Source of the DNA: Arachidicoccus sp. BS20
GTDB taxonomy: Bacteria; Bacteroidota; Bacteroidia; Chitinophagales; Chitinophagaceae
Length of the DNA stretch: 64,000 nt
Direction of reading: 5' to 3'
Assembly (NCBI RefSeq): GCF_001659705.1
Contig: NZ_CP015971.1
Location: 2,171,029 to 2,235,028, forward strand
Below are positions 29,062 to 38,434 of the stretch, in pieces; position 1 is the first letter of the stretch, and each line of letters begins with the position of its first letter. The notes under the pieces are model-generated. The model did not search any database. It was not told where the DNA came from and was given only the letters and a program-made list of their open reading frames with translations. A program made the translations under genes and the position numbers.

Positions 29062-29356
29062 GTATAAACTGATTGTTGCTCCTGAAGTTCGCTATGATAT
29101 ACGCGAAGCCAAGCTTTGGTATAAAGATAAAAGCCCGACGCTGCCAAGACGTTTTGCAACAGAAGTGAGAACTACAATTGAGCAAGTAAAATTGCGACCG
29201 ACAACGCACGCAATCCGTTACAACAACATACGCATTGCCAACTTACCGATATTTCCTTACGCCATTCATTATACTGTTGAAGAAAATATTGTTGTTGTAC
29301 TCGCCGTTTTTCATGCTGCGTTAAATCCTGAAAAATGGTTGAACAGAAATAAATAA
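29048..29356 (+). CDS. RelE/ParE-family type II toxin
   Basis: About 100 aa with RelE/ParE-like secondary-structure order (LVVLAVFHAALNPE C-terminal beta region). Overlaps the antitoxin by 14 nt. Confidence 0.65.
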   Translation: MMMSEYKLIVAPEVRYDIREAKLWYKDKSPTLPRRFATEVRTTIEQVKLRPTTHAIRYNNIRIANLPIFPYAIHYTVEENIVVVLAVFHAALNPEKWLNRNK

Positions 29357-29363
29357 ACTATTT

Positions 29364-29735
29364 ATGAAAAAAACTTTGCTCACTATCGGTTTACTCATTA
29401 TTTCCAACACATTCATGACGTTTGCGTGGTACGGGCATTTGAAATTCAGCAAATATGAATGGTTTAACAAACTGAATCTTGCAGGCGTCATTCTTATTAG
29501 TTGGGGAATTGCATTATTTGAATATTCATTTCAAGTGCCTGCCAATAGAATCGGCTTTAACGAAAACGGCGGACCGTTTAATCTTTGGCAATTAAAAGTA
29601 ATTCAGGAAGCCGTAACGCTCACGGTATTTACCATTTTCACTGTTGTATTTTTTAAGGAAGAAACTTTTAAAATGAACCATTTGATTGGCTTCGGATTTT
29701 TGGTGTTGGCGGTGTATTTTATTTTTAAGAAATAA
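29364..29735 (+). CDS. DMT-superfamily small membrane protein (DUF486)
   Basis: Four predicted TM helices, 123 aa. Confidence 0.6.
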   Translation: MKKTLLTIGLLIISNTFMTFAWYGHLKFSKYEWFNKLNLAGVILISWGIALFEYSFQVPANRIGFNENGGPFNLWQLKVIQEAVTLTVFTIFTVVFFKEETFKMNHLIGFGFLVLAVYFIFKK

Positions 29736-29738
29736 TAT

Positions 29739-30863
29739 TTATTCCCAAGAAAATTTATCCAATTTTCTCAACTGCGGTTCTCCACCACCTTGATAAAAAG
29801 AATTTGGATATTCTTCAATCCATTTTTCATTATTCTTTTCATCAAGATAATAATTCTCCCAATTTAATTGTTTGATTAGTGTTAGCTGTTTTAGCTTTTC
29901 ATAAACTAAATCACCCTTTATAATAGTAATAATCTTATTTAATATTTCCCTCGCATCTTCCTCATCCTTTGCCAGCGCAGCTTTCAGTGCATCCAAGCCG
30001 TTAAATTTTTCTTCACTGCGCAACCATGCAAGCAATTCAACTTTGATATTCTTTCCGTAAATATCCTGTGCGAAATCAAAAATATTTACTTCAATGGAAA
30101 TCCTTGTACTTTCTTCAATCGTCGGGCGCAAACTAATGCCTAACATTCCGCCGTAAGCCGCCTCATTCACAATCACTTTCACGGCATACACGCCAATCGC
30201 GGGAATTAATTTATCCGCATCTTCCACCTGAATATTCGCAGTAGGATAGCCGATGGTTCTGCCAATTTGATTGCCTTTCACAACCGTTCCTTGCAAGAAA
30301 TAAGGATAACCTAAAAAATTAGTTACTGTCGCAATATCGCCATGCAGCAGGGCTTCGCGTATTTTTGTAGAACTGATGGTTACTTCGTTCAACAATTTTT
30401 CTGGAATTTCTTTTACCCGGAAATTCAACAGTTTGCCATAGCTTTCCAACGTATGATAATCGCCCGTTCTGCCTTTGCCGAAACGATGGTCATAGCCAAT
30501 GATAATCGTATGCGGATGAATTTTTTTTACCAGAAAATCCTGCACATATTCTTCCGCCGTTTGCGAAGCAAAGGCTTCGTTAAATGGAACTACGATAACA
30601 TTTTCAACGTTGTGTTTTTTGAGCAAACTAAGTTTTTCGTTTAGCGTATTGAGCAAGCGCAGCGGCGTTTCATTTTGTTGTACAATCTTTCTCGGATGCG
30701 GATGAAACGTAACAATAACGGTCTCTCCGGCGATTTGCTTTGCTTCATCTTTCAGTTGATGGATAATTTTTTGATGTCCCAAATGCACGCCATCGAACGT
30801 GCCGATTGTAACAACTGCATTGTTGAATAAAGGGAGATTTTCCAAGTCGTAAAATACACGCAT
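29739..30863 (-). CDS. ribF: Bifunctional riboflavin kinase / FMN adenylyltransferase with a roughly 60-aa C-terminal extension
   Basis: VVTIGTFDGVHLGHQ nucleotidyltransferase motif, plus riboflavin-kinase domain. At 374 aa it is longer than typical RibF (about 310 aa). Confidence 0.85.
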   Translation of the reverse strand: MRVFYDLENLPLFNNAVVTIGTFDGVHLGHQKIIHQLKDEAKQIAGETVIVTFHPHPRKIVQQNETPLRLLNTLNEKLSLLKKHNVENVIVVPFNEAFASQTAEEYVQDFLVKKIHPHTIIIGYDHRFGKGRTGDYHTLESYGKLLNFRVKEIPEKLLNEVTISSTKIREALLHGDIATVTNFLGYPYFLQGTVVKGNQIGRTIGYPTANIQVEDADKLIPAIGVYAVKVIVNEAAYGGMLGISLRPTIEESTRISIEVNIFDFAQDIYGKNIKVELLAWLRSEEKFNGLDALKAALAKDEEDAREILNKIITIIKGDLVYEKLKQLTLIKQLNWENYYLDEKNNEKWIEEYPNSFYQGGGEPQLRKLDKFSWE

Positions 30864-30883
30864 GGGACAAAGATAAAATTATG

Positions 30884-30975
30884 TTTCACACAGAGATATG
30901 ATTTCTCACAGAGAATACAAAGTAATTGAGACACCGAGCAACAAAATTCCGTGCCTCATTTTCTCTGTGCATTCT
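30884..30975. repeat. CACAGAG/CTCTGTG palindromic intergenic element, copy B (TTCACACAGAG ... TTTTCTCTGTG)
   Basis: Shares its end motifs and internal blocks (AAAGTAAT, AAAATTC, GCCT(T/C)ATTTTCT) with copy A at 17388-17470. Confidence 0.55.
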
Positions 30976-31045
30976 TTGAGAAATACAAACAAAAAACCGA
31001 TAAACTTAGTTGCCTATCGGTTTGAATATTTTTTATTGTTATCGG

Positions 31046-32962
31046 TTATTGCTGATTGGTGTCTTTCTCCTTTTTATTTTTTACCATTTCCAGCAATTGT
31101 AATCCAAGTAATCCGCTGATGCCGCCTTCTGTACTGTTGCTGTCGCCGATTAAAATATCGGGAATGATTTTGATATTGCCTTTCGCAATTTCTTCCGTGA
31201 TTTTAAATTTGGTAAAATTATCGCCGCCCATTGCTTTTACTTGTAATTCATACGCTTCAGCGGTGGACTTACCGATTGCCATAATTTTTTCGGCTTCTGC
31301 CAAACCGGTTTTACTGATTTTTTCTGCATCCGCACTTGCATTGAGTTTCGTAGCTTCTGCCTGAGCGCCCGCCCGCGCTTTGGTTGCTTCGGCTTCTGCA
31401 TTGGCGCGCATTTTTGTAGCAATGGTTTCTGCTTCCACTTGCAGCTTTAAACTATTCGCATCACCTTCTGCTTTCTTCACAGTTGCATCGGCTGTTCGTT
31501 GCGCAATTTCAACACTTTGTTGCGCCTTCACAATTTCTTTTTGCATATCGGCGATCGCAGTTTCTTTTTCCATGCCTTGCCGTTGTTCCTGCGCCATTTT
31601 CTGTGTCTGATATGTTTTTTGTTCTTCTTCTGCAATCTTCCTGTCGGTCAACGTTTTCATCAATGCTTCAGGTGGAACAATGTCGCCGATTAACGTATCT
31701 ACTGCATTTACGTTGTATTCGTCCAACACGGCTTTGATATGTTCGCGTGCCGCTTGTTGTCTTTCTTTGCGCGTGGTAAGAAAAGAAATTACATCACTGT
31801 CCTGTGCAGAGTTTCTGAAATAGTTGCCAATCGTGGGTTCCAGAACTTGCGACACAAGATTGTTCATGCTGCCGAAACGTGCAATTACTTTCGGAGCTTC
31901 ATTCGCAGGTATGTGGATGATTTGCGCCACATCCAAATTGAACGGGAAGCCGTCGCGGCTACGAACTGTGATGGTGCTTAGGTTTTTATCCAATGCATGC
32001 GCTTCGCTGCGTGCATTTGCCCAGTTCAAAACAAGATTGGTTGTAGGAACGAGTTCCACTTTCATCGTGTATTTATTGAACGGATATTTTCCCGGACCAT
32101 AAGGTTCTGTCCACACGCCGCGCTGACCTTTGCTTACAATGTTACCGTGCTTGAAACTTTCGCCTGTAACATCTTTGCCGTCTTCGCCCACATAACTTAT
32201 CACAACGCCTACATTGCCGATAGGAACATCAGTCATTGGTGTTTCTTCAATTTGTACAGCCCAAGGATTAATGTTGTAGCTTCCCGCAAGAATAATATTT
32301 TGCTGCAAGCCACGATTACCGCCGTTTTCGAGGAATATGTCAAAGTCCTGAAAGTTATTATGCCCTTCAATATGTTTGCCCGCGATTTGTCCGCTTTCGA
32401 TAGGTTTGCCGTCAAGCGTTGTAATAATGCCGACCATATTTTCGCGGATGATAACCATGTCGGTAATCGTAACCGTAAATGCGAAAGTATTAATACGGTA
32501 TGTTCCCGCCGTGATATAAGATGTTTGACGACCTTTCTGTCCGCCGTTTTTCAGAAACTTTTCTGCATCCTGGAAATTGTCACTTTCCACCCTTCTTGCT
32601 AAAATAGAACCTGTAGGAATTTCGGCGCCGTCGTTGGAAAGTACCAGCCCGATTTTCCCTTCGGGAATAATAGTGAATGGCTGCATTTCAACGCCGTATT
32701 GCCAGGGAAACATTCCCCAATACAAACCGGGCGCTAAAGTTTTTGCCTGAAAGCCGGCTTCGCCATTGGTGGCAATAATTCTGCCATCGGGAAGATTTTT
32801 ATTTGCACCGAAAAGAACGAATTTCTTGGTAACCAATCCGATTTTGTTTTCGGGAACAATGACCATTCCAAAGAAAACACGAAGAATAAATTTGTAAAGA
32901 ATAAGACCAAGAATGATGAGTAAAACCCACCAATAGTTGGTTAGTAATGATTGCATATTCAT
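31046..32962 (-). CDS. Flotillin / SPFH (band 7) family protein, YqiK-like
   Basis: N-terminal TM, SPFH domain and a long Ala/Glu/Lys-rich coiled coil. Confidence 0.75.
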   Translation of the reverse strand: MNMQSLLTNYWWVLLIILGLILYKFILRVFFGMVIVPENKIGLVTKKFVLFGANKNLPDGRIIATNGEAGFQAKTLAPGLYWGMFPWQYGVEMQPFTIIPEGKIGLVLSNDGAEIPTGSILARRVESDNFQDAEKFLKNGGQKGRQTSYITAGTYRINTFAFTVTITDMVIIRENMVGIITTLDGKPIESGQIAGKHIEGHNNFQDFDIFLENGGNRGLQQNIILAGSYNINPWAVQIEETPMTDVPIGNVGVVISYVGEDGKDVTGESFKHGNIVSKGQRGVWTEPYGPGKYPFNKYTMKVELVPTTNLVLNWANARSEAHALDKNLSTITVRSRDGFPFNLDVAQIIHIPANEAPKVIARFGSMNNLVSQVLEPTIGNYFRNSAQDSDVISFLTTRKERQQAAREHIKAVLDEYNVNAVDTLIGDIVPPEALMKTLTDRKIAEEEQKTYQTQKMAQEQRQGMEKETAIADMQKEIVKAQQSVEIAQRTADATVKKAEGDANSLKLQVEAETIATKMRANAEAEATKARAGAQAEATKLNASADAEKISKTGLAEAEKIMAIGKSTAEAYELQVKAMGGDNFTKFKITEEIAKGNIKIIPDILIGDSNSTEGGISGLLGLQLLEMVKNKKEKDTNQQ

Positions 32963-33023
32963 GTAATGTTAATTAAAAAAGGCTTACAATTTTTATCAAA
33001 TGTAAGCCTTTTTTAATTTCGTT

Positions 33024-34277
33024 TTATTTCAATTTAAACGCTTTCTTAACCTTCGTTACATAGTCCAGTTTTTCCCAAGTGAACAATTCCACTTTCACTT
33101 TTTTCTCTTTACCGTCGGGCGATTTGAAGACTTTTGTAATCACTTCGTTTTGGCGTCCCATGTGTCCGTAAGCTGCAGTTTCGCTGTAAATGGGTGTGCG
33201 CAATTTCAATCTTTCTTCAATGAAATAAGGACGCATATCAAATACTTCTTCTACAATTGTAGAAATCTCGCCGTCGGTTAATTCCACATTCGCCGTACCG
33301 AAAGTATTTACATAAATACCCATCGGTTTTGCTACGCCGATTGCATAAGAAACCTGCACCAGCGCTTCGTCTGCAACGCCCGCCGCTACAAGGTTTTTCG
33401 CAATGTGGCGTGTTGCATACGCCGCGCTTCTGTCCACTTTGCTTGGGTCTTTTCCGCTGAAAGCGCCGCCGCCGTGCGCGCCCTTTCCGCCGTAAGTATC
33501 TACGATAATTTTTCTTCCTGTCAAGCCTGTATCGCCGTGCGGACCGCCGATTACAAACTTACCTGTTGGATTGATATGATATCTAATTGCATCGTTGAAA
33601 AAGTGTTTGTAGGCAGGATATTTTTTTACAATTCTCGGAATCAAAATGGTCTTAATATCTTTCTCGATTTTTGACAGCATTTTTTCTTCCGTATCAAAAT
33701 CGTCGTGCTGTGTAGAGATTACGATGGCATCGATACGAACTGGTTTGTTGTTATCATCATATTCCAGCGTTACCTGCGATTTTGCATCGGGACGAAGATA
33801 TTTGATTTGCTTGTTTTCTCTGCGAAGCGCAGCCAGTTCAATCAGTAAAGTATGCGCCAGGTCTAATGCCAAAGGCATATAATTTTCGGTTTCGTTGGTT
33901 GCGTAACCAAACATCATTCCCTGGTCGCCGGCGCCTTGCTCTTCCTTGTTTTTCCGCACAACGCCTTGGTTAATATCCGGCGATTGTTCGTGGATTGCAG
34001 AAATCACACCACAGGAATTTGCTTCAAACATATATTCGCTTTTAGTGTAACCGATTTTTTTGATTACGTCGCGCGCGATGGTTTGTACATCAAGGTAAGC
34101 GGTTGATTTTACTTCGCCTGCAAGCACCACTTGCCCTGTGGTTACGAGCGTTTCGCAAGCCACCTTTGACTGCGGGTCAAACGCCAAAAAATTATCGATT
34201 AATGCATCTGAAATCTGGTCAGCGACTTTGTCGGGATGTCCTTCTGATACGGACTCGGAAGTAAACAAATAAGGCAT
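33024..34277 (-). CDS. metK: S-adenosylmethionine synthetase
   Basis: [25 protein letters not shown] and the [10 protein letters not shown]-loop are all present. Confidence 0.95.
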   Translation of the reverse strand: MPYLFTSESVSEGHPDKVADQISDALIDNFLAFDPQSKVACETLVTTGQVVLAGEVKSTAYLDVQTIARDVIKKIGYTKSEYMFEANSCGVISAIHEQSPDINQGVVRKNKEEQGAGDQGMMFGYATNETENYMPLALDLAHTLLIELAALRRENKQIKYLRPDAKSQVTLEYDDNNKPVRIDAIVISTQHDDFDTEEKMLSKIEKDIKTILIPRIVKKYPAYKHFFNDAIRYHINPTGKFVIGGPHGDTGLTGRKIIVDTYGGKGAHGGGAFSGKDPSKVDRSAAYATRHIAKNLVAAGVADEALVQVSYAIGVAKPMGIYVNTFGTANVELTDGEISTIVEEVFDMRPYFIEERLKLRTPIYSETAAYGHMGRQNEVITKVFKSPDGKEKKVKVELFTWEKLDYVTKVKKAFKLK

Positions 34278-34369
34278 AAAAGCTTTTGTCTATTGATTTA
34301 ATGAATTAAAAGTGTCAGGCGAATATACAACTTGCATCAAAATCAGAAAATGATGTAAACGTTTTTTAT

Positions 34370-35185
34370 TTACGGGGCAATTTCATTGTACAGTTCAATG
34401 TATTCGCTGAGGTCGGTATCCCAACCTTTGAACGGCAATATTTTTTTGCCTTTGGCTTTAGAAAATTCGGCAATTAATTTTTTATCGATAGCATCGGATG
34501 CAAAAATAATTCCATCGGCGTAAGTGGCACCGCCTTTGTTCATACCTGTATTATCGAGCGTTTTAAACGGTTCTAAATCCTTCGGTTTGATATTTGCGTT
34601 GATAGCCGCAAGTTCCAGAAAATCTTTTTCTACCTTTTCTTCAAATGTGTTAGGCGATACAGAAAATAATACTTTGCTATTGGTAAATACCGGATCTTTT
34701 TTATAAGCCGTTTTTACATACAAAGGAATCAGGCTCGTCATCCAGCCGCTGCAATGGATAATGTCGGGCGCCCAACCGAATTTTTTAACGGTTTCCAGCG
34801 CGCCTTTTGCAAAGAACACGGTACGCAATCCGTTGTCGTCAAACCATTGTTCGTTCTCGTCGTGAAAAACAAATTTTCTTTTGAAAAACTCTTCATTGTC
34901 TAAAAAATAAACCTGCAATCTTGCGTTGGGCAACGAAGCAACTTTTATTTGAAGAGGATAATCGTCATTACCTACCGGAACATTAATTCCTGATAAACGC
35001 ACTACTTCGTGCAAACGATGACGGCGCTCGTTAATAACGCCAAAGCGTGGCATAATACATCTCACTTCCAGTCCTGCTTCATTACTTTTAATTGCCAGCT
35101 TATTGATTATTTCTGCGTATTCTGTCAGTTCTAAATAGGGCGACATTTCCGTAGAAATAAATAAAATTCTTTTTTTATTAGACAT
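34370..35185 (-). CDS. Short glycogen/starch-synthase N-terminal domain (GT5-like) protein
   Basis: The KRILFISTEMSPY motif matches the ADP-glucose-binding KxGG-like region of starch synthases. Only about 270 aa. Confidence 0.6.
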   Translation of the reverse strand: MSNKKRILFISTEMSPYLELTEYAEIINKLAIKSNEAGLEVRCIMPRFGVINERRHRLHEVVRLSGINVPVGNDDYPLQIKVASLPNARLQVYFLDNEEFFKRKFVFHDENEQWFDDNGLRTVFFAKGALETVKKFGWAPDIIHCSGWMTSLIPLYVKTAYKKDPVFTNSKVLFSVSPNTFEEKVEKDFLELAAINANIKPKDLEPFKTLDNTGMNKGGATYADGIIFASDAIDKKLIAEFSKAKGKKILPFKGWDTDLSEYIELYNEIAP

Positions 35186-35275
35186 TCTTATACCAATTTT
35201 GTCCTTAAACAGGTCTGCAAAGGTAAAGAAAATAGTTCAATTGCTTTTTTAGCATATAAATGAACACAATCGGCA

Positions 35276-36121
35276 TTAATTCTTAATAGAAATATCAATA
35301 TGCTTTCTTTGTACATTTTGTAGATTGCTTCGCAATATCCAGCCGAATTTTGCTATTCTATCATCGGCAACAACTGCGATTAATGCATATTTCACGTACG
35401 CATTTACAAGCAAAACTTTGTCCCCTGCATTGAATTTATAATTGGTCAAATTACCTTTAACATCTTCTTCAATCGGCAAAAATTTGCCTATACATTCCTG
35501 CTTTATTTCTGCAGAGTAATTTGCAATCAGATATGAATTTTTTGCCATATCGAAATCCAACGGAATATTATTTATTTTATAATGAACGCCAAGTTCTCCG
35601 TTATCTCTTTCATGAGCATCTTCTTTAAAGAGAGTCATTCGCATAGAATCTTTAAAAAAGTTAAACTCATAAATTGTATAGAGATTCTTCGTGTATTGCT
35701 CTTCTGTAAGTTGAGTGAAATCTTTATTTACCGCCTCTTTCAAATCAAACCGTTGAGAAGTATCAGGATAATCTTTCTCGAAGTTCTCAAAGCCCCATGT
35801 TCCACTTCCGCCATTATCAAATATCGCAAGCCATTTTTCTTGTCCCTGATAATTTATTTTCTCTCCGATTAAACTAAGGAATGCCATGCTTTTATTATAG
35901 TTTAAGCTTGTGGCATCGCCAATTGTAAAAGCAAAAGCTGAATCGTTGAGAAACGCAATTCTAAAATATGTTGTATCCACGTGTTTTGAGTTTTTGTAAC
36001 GCCACGTTCCATAGTATGTGCCGTTTTTCTCGGAGCGTAAAATGTGCGGTTGGGAAAAAATAAAAAATGGGATAACTAAAAAAACAGTTATCAGTAATTG
36101 AACGAATAATCTATTTTTCAT
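35276..36121 (-). CDS. Hypothetical secreted protein
   Basis: Signal peptide and no recognisable motif. Confidence 0.35.
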   Translation of the reverse strand: MKNRLFVQLLITVFLVIPFFIFSQPHILRSEKNGTYYGTWRYKNSKHVDTTYFRIAFLNDSAFAFTIGDATSLNYNKSMAFLSLIGEKINYQGQEKWLAIFDNGGSGTWGFENFEKDYPDTSQRFDLKEAVNKDFTQLTEEQYTKNLYTIYEFNFFKDSMRMTLFKEDAHERDNGELGVHYKINNIPLDFDMAKNSYLIANYSAEIKQECIGKFLPIEEDVKGNLTNYKFNAGDKVLLVNAYVKYALIAVVADDRIAKFGWILRSNLQNVQRKHIDISIKN

Positions 36122-36191
36122 TTTATGTATAAAATATATGGCAATTTAAAATGAATTAGTCAATTACTTTTGCATTATCAATTTTTAACGA

Positions 36192-37037
36192 ATGATTTTA
36201 TTCAAACGAATTTCAGATTTACAAACGCATCTTCAAAAGCTCAGACAGGAGAACAAAACCATCGGTTTTGCCCCTACAATGGGTGCGCTGCACGAAGGAC
36301 ATCTATCGCTCATAAAAGCCTCTCAGGAAGAAGTGGATATTACGATTTGCAGCATATTTGTAAATCCAACACAATTTAACGACAGCAAGGATTTTGAGAA
36401 ATATCCTATCACAATTGACAACGATATTTATCTATTAGAAAAACAACGTTGCGATATACTGTTTCTTCCGTCCGTAAACGAAATTTATCCGAACGGAAAA
36501 GAACTAAAACAGCTTTACGATTTAGGTTTTATAGAATCCATTCTGGAAGGTGCTTTCCGTCCCGGACACTTTCAAGGTGTGTGCCAGGTAGTGGACAGAT
36601 TGCTCGAAATTGTTCAGCCCGATTTACTGTTCATGGGACAAAAAGATTACCAGCAAATCATGGTTGTGAAGAAAATGATTGAGTTGAAAAATCATAAAGC
36701 CAAAGTCATAGTTGTACCTATCTTCAGAGAGCCAAGCGGACTCGCAAGCAGCAGCAGAAATATGCGTTTGACTAATGATGAAAAAGAAAAAGCCACGGCG
36801 ATTTACCAAAGTTTGATTTTTATTAAAGAAAATATCAGCAGGCTTTTCTTTGTTGAAATAAAACAGCAGGTTGCCGAAATGCTGATGAACAGCGAATTTC
36901 AGAAGATTGATTATATAGAAATTTGTAATGCGGAAACGCTGGAGCCCTTGGAAAAATATGACAAAACCATAAAATTAGTCGCACTAATTGCCGCATTCAT
37001 TGGCGAAGTAAGATTGATTGATAACATGATTTTATAA
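36192..37037 (+). CDS. panC: Pantoate--beta-alanine ligase
   Basis: FAPTMGALHEGHLSL HIGH-type motif, 281 aa. Confidence 0.9.
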   Translation: MILFKRISDLQTHLQKLRQENKTIGFAPTMGALHEGHLSLIKASQEEVDITICSIFVNPTQFNDSKDFEKYPITIDNDIYLLEKQRCDILFLPSVNEIYPNGKELKQLYDLGFIESILEGAFRPGHFQGVCQVVDRLLEIVQPDLLFMGQKDYQQIMVVKKMIELKNHKAKVIVVPIFREPSGLASSSRNMRLTNDEKEKATAIYQSLIFIKENISRLFFVEIKQQVAEMLMNSEFQKIDYIEICNAETLEPLEKYDKTIKLVALIAAFIGEVRLIDNMIL

Positions 37038-37185
37038 AATCATCTGCCAAGACACGTGTCTTCACGAGCCTTATGTTTCGGTACGTGAGACACGTACCGA
37101 TGCGTAGAATTTTAAACAGGTTTATAAAATCGTTTTGTCGTATTTTTGATTAATTGTTATAACTTTAAATTGTTCGGCATATTTC

Positions 37186-38424
37186 ATGAGCATTACACAG
37201 GGTTTTCAATCTTATTTCAAACAACAGAAAGCTTTTTATTATCGTAATTACCGTTTATTTATTGTAGGGCAAACGTTATCCTTAGTCGGAACATGGATTC
37301 AACGCCTGGCAATGATTTGGCTCGCATACAAACTCACAAACTCTGCATTTCTGCTGGGTTTGGTAGGATTTTGCGAGCAGATTCCCATCTTTCTCATTGC
37401 ACCTTTTGCTGGCGTTTTTGCCGACCGCTGGGATAAACATAAAGCATTAATAAGAATTGAATCACTCGCTATGATTCAAGCTGCAATACTTGGCATTCTT
37501 ACTTTCACGGGAGTAATACATATCGCTTACATTATTGTTTTGAGCCTATGTCTTGGCGTCATTAATGCGTTTGAAGTTCCCATTCGCCAGTCATTCGTTG
37601 TAGAAATGGTCAATCGCGACAAAGAAGCTTTACCCAACGCCATCGCACTCAATTCCACGTTGTTTAATTTGTCAAGATTAATTGGTCCTTCCGTTGCAGG
37701 CATTTTAATTAGTACGGTAGGCGAAGGCTGGTGTTTTATGGCAAATGCTATCAGCTACGCAGTCGTTACAATTTCTTTGTTACTGATGAAAGTATTGCCG
37801 ATGGAAAAGATTGTTCAGGAAAGCGGTCATGTATTTGAAAAGCTGAAAGAAGGAATTGTTTATATCAAATCACGCAAAGTAATGAGCAACCTATTGCTAC
37901 TGCTGGCAATTGTAAGTTTTAGCAATGCTTCACTGCGCACATTGGCTCCAGTATTTGCACAGGATGTTTTAAAAGGTAATGCCAATACACTGGGTTTTTT
38001 GATGACGGCGGCAGGCGTAGGCGCTATTTGCGGCGCAATATTTCTAACCAAAAGAAAAAATTCTTATATGCTGCGGCGAATTGTTTCTTTCACTGGATTG
38101 CTGCTCGGCGCAATGATGATGTGTTTTTCTTTCTCAAAAATACTCGCGCTCTCATTGGTCTTTATTGCGTTCACAGGCTTTGCGCAAATGATGCACACGG
38201 CAAGTACGAACACATTATTACAGCTTCATGTGGACGATGATAAGCGCGGCCGTGTGATGAGCTTTTATACAGTATGTTTACAAGGTACAATGCCTTTCGG
38301 CAGTCTGGTTGCCGGCACGTTCGCAAGCTGGTTCGGAGGCACTTGGGCAATGTGCGCCATGGGAACCATTTGTTTGGTTGCAACGCTCATATTTCGTCAT
38401 CCGCCGGAAAAAAAAACAAACTGA
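37186..38424 (+). CDS. MFS transporter (MFS_3 / EntS-like family)
   Basis: 12 TM helices and an N-terminal YRNYRLFIVGQTLSLVGTWIQ motif. Confidence 0.8.
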   Translation: MSITQGFQSYFKQQKAFYYRNYRLFIVGQTLSLVGTWIQRLAMIWLAYKLTNSAFLLGLVGFCEQIPIFLIAPFAGVFADRWDKHKALIRIESLAMIQAAILGILTFTGVIHIAYIIVLSLCLGVINAFEVPIRQSFVVEMVNRDKEALPNAIALNSTLFNLSRLIGPSVAGILISTVGEGWCFMANAISYAVVTISLLLMKVLPMEKIVQESGHVFEKLKEGIVYIKSRKVMSNLLLLLAIVSFSNASLRTLAPVFAQDVLKGNANTLGFLMTAAGVGAICGAIFLTKRKNSYMLRRIVSFTGLLLGAMMMCFSFSKILALSLVFIAFTGFAQMMHTASTNTLLQLHVDDDKRGRVMSFYTVCLQGTMPFGSLVAGTFASWFGGTWAMCAMGTICLVATLIFRHPPEKKTN

Positions 38425-38434
38425 TATAAAAACA

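Noticed and set aside
30864-31045. FMN riboswitch upstream of ribF
   Set aside because: The region is occupied by the CACAGAG-family repeat. No FMN aptamer core motifs were seen, and ribF is not normally riboswitch-controlled.
31997-32602. 201-aa plus-strand ORF inside the flotillin gene
   Set aside because: Antisense to the SPFH-domain coding region, with no motifs.
34278-34369. SAM riboswitch upstream of metK
   Set aside because: Only about 90 bp separate metK from the upstream gene, and none of the conserved SAM-I or SAM-II core sequences are present.
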